DNA of 60,852 nucleotides from assembly GCA_024682995.1 (NCBI GenBank), contig JAIKYR010000043.1, positions 1-60,852 on the forward strand, read 5' to 3'. The position numbers and the translations under genes are program-made. How positions within the stretch are numbered: the first letter of the stretch is position 1; each line of letters opens with the position of its first letter. The notes beneath the pieces were generated by a model. The model had not been told where the DNA came from, did not search any database, and saw only the letters and a program-made list of their open reading frames with translations. Positions 1-10,400 of this stretch are shown one piece after another. Source of the stretch: Bacteroidales bacterium (GTDB lineage Bacteria > Bacteroidota > Bacteroidia > Bacteroidales > WCHB1-69).

Positions 1-26
1 CTATTGTTTAATTTAAATTCATACTT

Positions 27-956
27 ATGAAAAAAACTATTTTATTAGGAGCCATTTTGGTCCTCGGATTGTTTTTCGTATCCTGCGAAAAAGAGGGCCA
101 GTACACCCCGAAGAACAAAATCGACAGAATCAGTTACTCATCAAGTACCACCTTTCAGATGTACTTGAACGACGTCTGGAATGATGTGGGTACCAGCACT
201 GTTTCCAAGTATGTCAGTGAAATATGGAACTGGGATGGCAAAATGCTGAAAAGCATCACCCACTATAACGATAAAGGGGAATTGATGTACACTGAAAATT
301 ACGAATACGACGGCAAACGTCTTGTGTCCGTTTCTTGGGGCACCGCCGGACGTTATACCATCTCCTACGATAAAGGCAAAATCTCCACCATCGACGGCTA
401 TAACGGCACCGAGAAAATGATCACTTATGTGTTCTCCCATGAAAATGGTAAAGTGACCAAGATTGCCATCACAGACTATGATGCCAAGAAAGCCGCTGTC
501 AACCCTCTGCCCACCAACATCCTCCGCTTCTTCATCCCGAATGCCAACATCCAGTCCCTGAAAGAAATGATGAAATCCATCCAATCCGACCCCAACACGA
601 AGGAGATTGAATCATACGACATCAATTTTGAGTGGACTGGCAACAACATCAGCAAAATGACCATGCTGAGAGGTGCTTCCACCACCACCGCCAATTACAC
701 GTATGATAACAAAACCAATCCGTTCTACGGCCTGTTTGACATTAGTGAGTATAGTTATATTCAAATCATGTCCAAAAACAATGTCACCCGCCTGGTTGCC
801 GAAAACTCCAACAACGTGCATGAGGAACGCGATTACATATACACCTATGAGAAAGACCTCCCCACTATGCAAACTTGCTCTTACAAGCAACCCGTAGAGG
901 GTGACATCTACCGTAATTCCATATCCGAAATCTACACTTATGAGTATAAAAAATAG
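27..956 (+). CDS. Putative lipoprotein with beta-strand-rich (YD/DUF4595-like) repeats
   Basis: Signal peptide ending FFVS-C (lipobox); repeated YxY/YTYD motifs and NPFYG; followed by a terminator. Confidence 0.7.
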   Translation: MKKTILLGAILVLGLFFVSCEKEGQYTPKNKIDRISYSSSTTFQMYLNDVWNDVGTSTVSKYVSEIWNWDGKMLKSITHYNDKGELMYTENYEYDGKRLVSVSWGTAGRYTISYDKGKISTIDGYNGTEKMITYVFSHENGKVTKIAITDYDAKKAAVNPLPTNILRFFIPNANIQSLKEMMKSIQSDPNTKEIESYDINFEWTGNNISKMTMLRGASTTTANYTYDNKTNPFYGLFDISEYSYIQIMSKNNVTRLVAENSNNVHEERDYIYTYEKDLPTMQTCSYKQPVEGDIYRNSISEIYTYEYKK

Positions 957-975
957 AATCACCCTCCCATAAACG

Positions 976-1007
976 AAAAGGCAGCCCTGTTTAGGACTGC
1001 CTTTTTT
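976..1007. terminator. Bidirectional rho-independent terminator
   Basis: aaaaggcagccct-gttt-aggactgcctttttt between convergent genes. Confidence 0.8.
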
Positions 1008-1028
1008 AGTATCAAAAAACAGGAAAAC

Positions 1029-2186
1029 TCACGCCCCGGCGAGCAGCCAAAACATCGCTATGCCCAAGTAGTTGCCCACGGCGTACCCCAACAGTCCGAT
1101 GGCGATGCCCGGCAGGATGACATCCTTGTTCTTCAGCACGGCAGCCACCATCGGTACAAAAGGCGGCGAATTGATGAACGCAATGGAAGCGGCCAGCGTC
1201 AGGTCGCCATCCACCTTAAACAGTTTGGCGAGCAACATTTGTAACGCCAGCGATCCGAACACCGCAAATCCGATATAATAGAGAACAAACAGGTAGCGCG
1301 ACAATTCCAGGTCATGTACATTCACCATCATGGCCACCGCCAGACAGAACACATAAACGAAATACAAGCCCATATCGAAGGTACCTTCCAATTTTCTCAT
1401 AGGTTTCCAAAAAGAAACAGCTATGGATAAAGTAGTTATGACTATAATGATGACGGCAACGTTGTTTTTTATCGGCAACAACAGTGAAACGGCATACGCC
1501 ACCGCGGCAATCAGGATGGCGACGCCGACACCTGCTGCACGGTTAAGCAGTAATTCCGGCCAAGTTTTTTTTTCAGATTCCCTGATTCCAACATTGTCGT
1601 TTCCCACATAATTATCATCCTTCTTTTTTCCAAAGACTTTTCTTATTATTATATTTCCAAAAAACACTATAACAATAAGATACAGCCCCGTAATAATCAG
1701 ATCGTAGCCAGAGACAAGCAGAAACAGATGCTGCGGCAGCGACACGGCCTTGGATACGGGTGCCAGATTGGGGATGCCGCCGATGTAGATGCCTGTCATC
1801 ACGGCACTGATTTTCGCGAAATCCGTCCCCTCTACCCCAGATGCCATCGCTTGTCCCCGGAACAGGAAGAAACCCGCCACCGTGACAGCCAGCACACTGA
1901 ATAGCCCGATGAAAAAGGCCTTCAGCGCCATCTTCGCCGACAGCGATTTGTAATCACAACCCAGCAGCATGAGGGGGATGGTGAGCAGCACCACCCCATT
2001 GGAGACTTGGGAGCAGATGTTCGTCGCATTCACTCCCAGCCATCCGCAATTGCCCACGACCAACCCAATGACATACAAAATCACCATTGGACTGATCTTC
2101 TCAATGATGGGCCAGCGTCGAGCCAGCAACATCAGCACAAGAGGGTTACCGAAAAGGAATAGTATAGTGAGCATAACAATAAGCAT
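1029..2186 (-). CDS. DUF819-family multi-pass membrane protein
   Basis: About 11 hydrophobic helices; G-x-Y-I-G-G-x-P-N and SPPFVP..GYAVGNYLG motifs; start moved to MLIVML because the longer ORF runs through the promoter. Confidence 0.75.
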   Translation of the reverse strand: MLIVMLTILFLFGNPLVLMLLARRWPIIEKISPMVILYVIGLVVGNCGWLGVNATNICSQVSNGVVLLTIPLMLLGCDYKSLSAKMALKAFFIGLFSVLAVTVAGFFLFRGQAMASGVEGTDFAKISAVMTGIYIGGIPNLAPVSKAVSLPQHLFLLVSGYDLIITGLYLIVIVFFGNIIIRKVFGKKKDDNYVGNDNVGIRESEKKTWPELLLNRAAGVGVAILIAAVAYAVSLLLPIKNNVAVIIIVITTLSIAVSFWKPMRKLEGTFDMGLYFVYVFCLAVAMMVNVHDLELSRYLFVLYYIGFAVFGSLALQMLLAKLFKVDGDLTLAASIAFINSPPFVPMVAAVLKNKDVILPGIAIGLLGYAVGNYLGIAMFWLLAGA

Positions 2187-2210
2187 TGCTTGGGTCTTCA
2201 GAAAACGGCA

Positions 2211-2262
2211 GCAAAAGTACAAAAACCGCATCACTTTTATTCCAAAATTTTAATACTTTTGC
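2211..2262. promoter_or_regulatory. Back-to-back Bacteroidetes housekeeping promoters (-7 boxes)
   Basis: gcaaaagta (TACTTTTGC on minus) at 2211 and tacttttgc on plus at 2254. Confidence 0.6.
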
Positions 2263-2314
2263 CGTCCTGTTTTATATTAGAAAATCTCACCCTATATTTA
2301 GCTTCTAACTGTTA

Positions 2315-3874
2315 ATGAAATATAGAAAACCAACATCCACTCTGTTACTCACTTTGCTTTTCCTAATGGGTTTTCTGACGATTGGCGCGCAAACCCGATG
2401 CGACTCCGTGTTGCTCACCCCTGACGCCACCATATCGGTCGGGCAGAGTGTTCTCCTTCAAGCGCACAACCTGTTCGATTACCAGTGGCTGCCGGCATCC
2501 GCCTTCAACGACCCCACCGACAGTGTACAAACAGTCTCCCCTACCACCACCTCAACCTATCACATCACCGGGCATTACATATCCGACAACGTAGTCACCA
2601 ACGGCAATTTCGAGAGTGGCAATACCGGGTTCGTCACTGACTATAACTACTCAAACACCGTCTCCTCCTACGGTTGGGGCACTGCCATCATCGGCAATTC
2701 AAATTCCTACACCATCAACACAAGCTCCGCCAACGTCCATTCCCATTTTGCCACCTACAACTGCACCGACCACACCTCCGGTTCCGGACAGTGCATGTTT
2801 GTCAACGGTTCCGGCACGCCCAACACCTGTGTTTGGCAGCAGACCATTCAGACAACCCCGAACACAGATTACATCTTCATAGCCTGGGTGGCCACCCTGT
2901 CATCCAACCCGACTTCCAGTGGAAGTGCCCGAGCGAGTCTCCAGTTCAGCATCAACGGACAGTCCATTGGATCCACCTTTAACTCGCCACCGCAAACCGC
3001 CACATGGGAACGCTTCTATCAACCCTGGAACAGCGGGAACAACACACAGGCGATTATCAAAATCATCAACCAAAACACGGAAGAGGGCGGCGGCAACGAT
3101 TTCGCCCTTGACGACATCAGTTTCTCGCCACTGTATCCCTGCACCGACTCGGTGACGGTGACTGTGGAAATCCCCTTGGACGCCGTGGACGACCAGGTGG
3201 CAGCCTGCCGAGGAACCTCGCTGACCATGCGTCCATTGGACAATGACATCATTGACAATTGGTGCGGTACAGTGCAGCCCGAAATCATTCAGCAGCCCGC
3301 ACACGCCAACGCCCAAGTGAGCAACACCGACATCACCATCAACTTCGACCCCACTTTCACTGGCACTGAAACCATGAAATACAGGATTTGCTGTGGCGGG
3401 AAATGCGACACGGCCGAAATAACCCTCGTCACATCGGGCAAAAACGGAGAAATGTTCGAACAAGCCTGCGACCGCTATACCTGGAACGGACAGACCTATT
3501 CCCAATCGGGAGCCTATACCCATCGCTACATCTCCGCCGACGGTTGCGACAGCATCGTCACCCTCTACCTCACCATCGACGACTGTTCCATACCTGTGCA
3601 TCTGCCCTCCGCCATCTCTCCCAGCATATCCGACGGGCACAACGACCGTCTCTCGCTGCCCGACATCGTGAAACCGCAGATGATGGAGTTCAAAATCCGC
3701 ATATTCGACCGATGGGGAAACCTTGTGTTCTATTCAGAAGACAAAGACTTTGTGTGGGACGGCACGCGCAACGGCAAGCTGCTGCCCAACAGCGTATATA
3801 TCTACGACTTGCGTTACAAAACCGAAACGGACAGCGAGCCGGTTGTGCTCCAAGGGACCATCACCGTACTCTGA
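2315..3874 (+). CDS. T9SS cargo protein with type B (gliding-motility-associated/CHU_C) C-terminal domain, lectin/CBM-like and Ig-like domains
   Basis: Signal peptide; NGNFE...NDFALDDISF domain; AVDD..PLDND Ig-like repeat; C-terminal PSAISP..DGHND..IFDRWGNLVF..WDG..YIY..GTITVL. Confidence 0.85.
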   Translation: MKYRKPTSTLLLTLLFLMGFLTIGAQTRCDSVLLTPDATISVGQSVLLQAHNLFDYQWLPASAFNDPTDSVQTVSPTTTSTYHITGHYISDNVVTNGNFESGNTGFVTDYNYSNTVSSYGWGTAIIGNSNSYTINTSSANVHSHFATYNCTDHTSGSGQCMFVNGSGTPNTCVWQQTIQTTPNTDYIFIAWVATLSSNPTSSGSARASLQFSINGQSIGSTFNSPPQTATWERFYQPWNSGNNTQAIIKIINQNTEEGGGNDFALDDISFSPLYPCTDSVTVTVEIPLDAVDDQVAACRGTSLTMRPLDNDIIDNWCGTVQPEIIQQPAHANAQVSNTDITINFDPTFTGTETMKYRICCGGKCDTAEITLVTSGKNGEMFEQACDRYTWNGQTYSQSGAYTHRYISADGCDSIVTLYLTIDDCSIPVHLPSAISPSISDGHNDRLSLPDIVKPQMMEFKIRIFDRWGNLVFYSEDKDFVWDGTRNGKLLPNSVYIYDLRYKTETDSEPVVLQGTITVL

Positions 3875-3895
3875 CAGCCCATTCCGGCGTCCTCG

Positions 3896-4303
3896 TTACC
3901 GGTCGGGCAGTCCTGCGTGCCGGTTGGCACGGCGCTCCGTGTAAAAATCGTAATAATTGCTTCCTTCTTTTTTGAAAGCCAGATGCAGGATGGAGGGTAT
4001 GCCGATAATGAGCAGGTAGAGCGGCCCGAACAATTTGGAATCCACGGTGTGTCCGTCCATCTCATGGCGGATAGTGTGTGCGTTGTGCGCATATTCGGGA
4101 TGAAAGAAGGCGAAACTGCCCAGCGAGATGCCGCTGGCGTTCTTCGGGAAGCGTTTTCCGGCGAAGCCGATGCAATAGTGACGGTAATCCACAAAGGTCA
4201 ACCGCCCCAGAAAGGGCATGACGAGCAGCGCCACCAGATTCTGCGGCAGCTGCCATAGAAACAACAGTGCGAACATAAGACTGTTACAGAACATCACTTT
4301 CAT
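3896..4303 (-). CDS. Small membrane-associated hypothetical protein with zincin-like motif
   Basis: WQLPQN, GISLG, HEMDGH, GPLYL..IGIPS, E..A motifs; own -7 box at 4307-4315. Confidence 0.65.
   Translation of the reverse strand: MKVMFCNSLMFALLFLWQLPQNLVALLVMPFLGRLTFVDYRHYCIGFAGKRFPKNASGISLGSFAFFHPEYAHNAHTIRHEMDGHTVDSKLFGPLYLLIIGIPSILHLAFKKEGSNYYDFYTERRANRHAGLPDR
4200..4296 (+). repeat. 97-bp direct repeat, copy A (5' part of the 3896-4303 gene)
   Basis: 84/97 identical to 14241-14337 by manual alignment. Confidence 0.95.
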
Positions 4304-4430
4304 GCGGCAAAAGTAATCATTTTGCTAATGCAGACCAAACAATCTGCATGAAAATGCTATATTTGCAACGTTTAATCTTAACGCTGATCTTGAATCATTT
4401 TATAATATAACTCCCTTAATTTCACCCCAT

Positions 4431-7400
4431 ATGAACATCAAACGCTTTTCATTTGGAAACATCATTTTTGTCTTTTTTTTATTAATTGTCTGCTGTCAGG
4501 TTTCAAACGCCCAGAACACCATAGAGTTGCTGTTTACAGGCGTTGACCAGCACAATAATTATGTGAAAATCAACAGCATAGCCATTGAAAACCTGACACG
4601 AGGCTGGTCGGAGACTATCCTGTTTCCAGACACCGTCTTCACCCTGGAAATGGGCGTTGGTGTGGAGGATTACCGGCAGGAGGGGACCATGCAAGTGATG
4701 CCCAACCCCTTTGACGGGAGGACACGGGTCAACATTCCATCTTTCCAAAATGAAACTGTAACGATGTTTTTGGCTGATATTAACGGGAAAAAATGTGCCA
4801 CATTTACCGGGGTTCTCACCCGTGGGGACAACATCTTCGAGATCTCCCTAACCACTCCTCAAGTGTATGTGCTGTCGGTCATCACTCCGTCCGGCACCCG
4901 CAGTTTGAAGATGGTCAACAGAGGTCATGCGGGCACAGACCGAATCAGAGCGGAAAGCAACACAGGGAAGTCGGCAAAGGTGGATTTGAAAAGCACCTCC
5001 ACCCATGACTTTGAATTGGGTGACGAGATGCGATATACCGGCCACACCTCTGTGAACGGGATCACGCTGCAGAGCAGTGTGGTGACCCAAACCCAATATA
5101 TAAGCGAGAATATCACATTAGTGTTCGATGTCGCATCCGGAAGCACCCATGTAACTACCGACTCCATTCAGCTCCACAGCGACGGGACCCTGAGTTGCTA
5201 TGGTTCGGTGCAGTCCGGCCAGCCCATACTTGACCGGGGGTTCTGTTATAGCACAGCACACTACCCTACCATTGACGATTACCGTATTCAAAGCGGCACC
5301 GGCACAGGAGCATTTAACAGCACGATTACCGACTTGGACCCCTCCCTAATCTGGCACATCAGAGCATACGCCACCACCGCCGCCACTACAATCTATGGTG
5401 CCGAATACACCCTTATGGTAAAAATCAATTACACCAACACAGATACCATGTTCATTCCGGATGGAGTAGCTTGCGATGGCAACTGCGGTCGAAACTCTTA
5501 TATCAACATCACAAATCAACCGGCCGGAAGTACAATCCAAAGCATCGAAGACATCCGTTATTTCCGCCTCAAAATGGAACACTCCTGGATTGGCGACCTC
5601 TGGATTTCTTTATCCTGCCCGAACCAACAAAGCGTGACAATACTGAAAAAAAACGCGTCTAGCATTAACGGTAACTGTGCCTCAGCCATACCTGCAACCG
5701 CACTGGGGTGGAGCACAACCGATGCTTCACATGCACATTTTGGTTTGTACTACGAACCCGACGGATATGGGCATTGCAACGGTGATGGAAGCCCAATCGG
5801 TGAATGTTGGAACTACTGCTGGTCAAATGCAGCCACCCAAGGCTACCAATATGCCTGTGGACAGGGTCTCGTGTATGAAAGCTGCAACCACCTGGACAAC
5901 GTTGACAACCCCCATGGTGGTGCATCTGGTTCATCTTCTTCTAATTACGTTGATTCCACCAATATGGCCACTATGACCAACGTGTATCATCCCGACGAAT
6001 CTTTCGCCAACCTCATAGGGTGTCCCCTCAACGGCATCTGGAGCATTCAAGTGGTTGATGCATGGGCCAGCGACAACGGCTACATCTGCGAATGGGAATT
6101 GGCCCTGAATCCAAATACTCCCGTATTCCTCTCCGAAACAGAAGTGTCGGAAACACCCTGTCCGCAGGCGGCGTCCGTCACCGATTATGATGGCAACGTG
6201 TATGGCACGGTGGCCATTGGCAGTCAATGCTGGATGCGGGAGAACCTGCGCACCACCCACACCGCCAGCGGCACCGCCATCATCCCCGGCAATGGGACAG
6301 ATGCGGGCACAGCACACTACTATCTGCCATCCGCATCCGACAGCAGCGGCATCTACGGACACCTATACAATTGGAAGGCCGCCGAAAACGTATGCCCTGA
6401 TGGCTGGCATCTGCCCTCCGACTCGGAATGGGCCCAACTGACGGACTTCCTTGGCAGTCTGGACACCTGCGTGTGCGGAGACAACCCGAACAATGTCGCA
6501 AGAGCCATGGCCAGTGACACTTTCTGGTCTCCTTCCAGCACCCCTTGCGCCGTGGGATCAGACCTTTCTCTGAACAACATCAGCAATTTCTCCACCCTGC
6601 CTGTAGGCTATACCAATGGCACACCCACTGCATTCGGGACAACAGCCCGATTCTGGACTGCCACCTCCTACAACAATGACTACGCTTATTACCGTTCCCT
6701 GTACCACGACAACGGATTTGTGGAGCGCAACCCGTATGGAGACAAAGCCCACGGCATGTCCGTACGATGCATCCTGGCAAAAACGCCGAAGGTGACCACC
6801 GCCGCCGTGACCAATGTGACAGACTCCACGGCCGTATGCGGTGGTGAGGTGACCAGCATCGGAGGCGCACCCATGACGGAAAGGGGCCTTTGCTGGAGCA
6901 CCCATGCGTATCCGACTATAGGAGACAATCTTGTCGCTTGCGGGGCCGGGTTAGGGACTTTCACCGGACAAATGACAGGGCTGATCCCCGGCACCACCTA
7001 CTATGTGCGGGCGTATGCCACCAATGCGGCAGGAACCGTTTACGGAGCCTCAAGGACCTTCTCCACTCTTACAATCCCCACCGTGACCACCCAAAACGTG
7101 GGCAACATCTGGGACAGCACAGCCACTTGCGGCGGAAACATATCCTATGACGGCGGATCACCCGTGACAACCCGAGGCGTCTGTTGGGGTACCGCTCCCA
7201 ATCCTACCATCGCTGACAACCACACCTCTGACGGTTCCGGCATCGGAACATTCTCAAGCCAGCTGACAGGACTGGTTCCGGGCACAGACTACAACGTGCG
7301 AGCTTATGCCATCAATAGCATTGGCATAGCCTATGGAGAACAAAAATCCTTCACCACGAAATCCGCACCCACCATAACCCTAAATCAAGCCACCAACATC

Positions 7401-10400
7401 CTGAGCCTTACAGCTTCCTGCACCTATTATATCAATTCCAATGGCCAGATGACAATCACAAACCGCGGTATTTGCTACAGCACAACCCCCAACCCTACCC
7501 TAAACGACAGCGTGATTGCAGGTACAGCAAACACGGGCACCCTACAATTGTCAGGCCTGACACCCGGCACCACCTACTACGTAAGAGCCTACGCCACCAA
7601 TGCCATTGGCACCAGCTATAGTGCCCAGATTTCATTTACCACACAGACTATCCCCACGCTGACGACGGCGGCAGTGAGCGACATCGATTTCTTCACAGCC
7701 ACGGGCGGCGGCGAAGTGCTGAACACTGGTGTACCTGCCATTACGGCTCGGGGCGTTTGTTGGAACACATCACCCAACCCCACCATCGCTAATAGTCATA
7801 CCTCCGACAGCACCGGCTTCGGAACATTCGTCAGCCAACTGACGGGTTTGACTATTCACACCACTTATTACGTGCGAGCTTATGCCACCAACAGTTCCGG
7901 CACCGGTTACGGCGAACAAGTAACCTTCACCACTTTGAACATTCCGACAGTAACCACCAAAAATGTCACCAACATTTTAGACAGTACAGCCACCTGCGGC
8001 GGTTCGCTCACCTCCAATGGTGATGGAACACTGCTGGCCACGGGCATCTGTTGGAGTACGGCTATGAGTCCCACCATCAACGACTTTGTGGCTACAGACA
8101 CGTCCCTCCAATCCAACTTCACTTGCACCATGACTGGTTTGATTCCAAACACCACGTATTACGTGCGGGCCTTTGCCACCAACGGAGGTGGCACAGCTTA
8201 TGGTCCACAGCGTAATTTTACTACCAAATCCCTACCTACTATAACCCTTGATTCTGCCACCAACATCACAAGTCACACAGCCTCCTGCACCTATCATGTC
8301 ACATTTGCAGGCAACATGGCGGTAACCGCAAGGGGAATATGCTACAGCACCACACCGAATCCCACTCTCCAAGACAGCGTAATTGCGGGCACAAGCAGCA
8401 ATGGAACCATCCAATTGACGGGTCTAACAGCCAGCACCACCTACTATGTGCGGGCTTACGCCACCAACGGAATCGGCACCAGCTACAGCAACCTTATCTC
8501 CTTTACCACATTAAGCATTCCCACATTGACGACGGCGGCGGTGACCGACATCGATTTCTTCACAGCCACCAGCGGCGGCGAAGTGCTGAACACCGGCGTA
8601 CCGGCCATCACGGCCCGAGGTGTTTGCTGGAGCACATCATCCCAACCCACCATTGACGACAACCACACCTCCGACAGTACCGGCTTCGGAGTATTCACGA
8701 GCCATCTGACAGGACTGGTTCCCAACACCACATACTATGTGCGTGCATACGCCATCAACAGTGCAGGTATCAATTACGGCAACCAAATTGTCTTTGCCAC
8801 ACCGAGAACACCCACAGTTTCAACCAAAACCATAAACAATATCACAGACAGTTCGGCCACCTGCGGCGGCAATGTCACCTCCAATGGCGGCGCAATGCTA
8901 TTGGCCACTGGCGTATGCTGGAGCACTTCTCAGAATCCCACCATCAACGATTTTGTTGTCACAGATTCCACCGCTCAACCGAATTTCACCTGTGTGATGA
9001 CGGGATTGGTCCCCAACACTCAGTATTACGTTCGGGCATTCGCCACAAACGGAGGTGGAACCTCCTATGGCGTACAACGCAGCTTCATCACCAGGGCCAT
9101 ACCTACAATAGCTCTTGACACTATCACCAACATTCAGAGTCTCAGTGCCTCTTGCTCTTATCACCTTGTTTATAACGGCGGCGTGAACGTGTCGGACAGG
9201 GGCATTTGCTACAGCACCACCCCCAATCCCACCCTAAACGACAGTGTGATTGCAAGTACTGCAAACACAGGCACCCTACAACTGTCAGGCCTGATTCCCG
9301 GAACCACCTACTATGTGCGAGCCTACGCCACCAACAACTTTGGCACCGGCTATAGCAATCAAATCTCTTTCACCACACTAACCATTCCTACGGTAATAAC
9401 AACCCCAATAAGCGATGTTTCCTTCTTCACAGCCACGGGCGGCGGCGAAGTGCTGGCCACTGGTGTGCCTGCCATCACTGCCCGGGGCGTTTGCTGGAGC
9501 ACAGAGCCTTATCCCACCATTGCCGACAGCCTCACCTCAGACAGTACCGGCTTCGGAACATTCACAAGTCATCTGACCGGTCTGACACCCGGCACCACCT
9601 ACCACGTGCGGGCGTACGCCATCAACAACTCCGGCATTAGCTACGGAGAAGATCTGACATTCACCACAGTATCTGTTAAAACCGAATTGATAACACAATA
9701 CACAGACACCACAGCTCTGGCTGGCGGCTCTTTGACTCCCATCAACGGCAGCACCACGGCAAATTTCGGAGTTTCTGACTGGGGAATATGCTGGAGCACC
9801 ACACCCAACCCATCCGTGCATAACAATATTATCCTGAGTACAGGCACGTTAACCCACTTCACCTGCAACATGACAAATCTCACCTCTGGCAACGCCTATT
9901 GCGTACGGGCTTTTGTCACCATCAATGGAGATACACTGTATGGAAATGAAGTCAGTTTCACCACAAAAGAAGCGGGAATCCAATCCTGCCCGGGAGTTGC
10001 TACCGTAACCGATATTGACGGCAACACTTATAACACAGTGAAAATTGGCGATCAGTGCTGGACGAAGGAGAATATGCGCGCCACCCGTTATTCAGACGGC
10101 ATATCCATTCCCTTGGGGAACACTTCCAGTGGTACCCCATATCACCGTTATTATCCAAATGACTCTATAATCAATGTACCTGTCTATGGATATATGTACG
10201 ACTGGCCTACAACGATGCACGGTGGAATCAGCACCAATGCAACCCCCATTCAAGGGGTATGTCCCAATGGATGGCATGTACCAAGCCATGCGGAATGGTC
10301 ATCTATGGAACAATATGTAAGTAACCATAACACCTTCACATGCAACAACAGCACACCCTGTACCGCTAAAGCTCTCGCCTCGAAAAGAGGATGGATTGGC

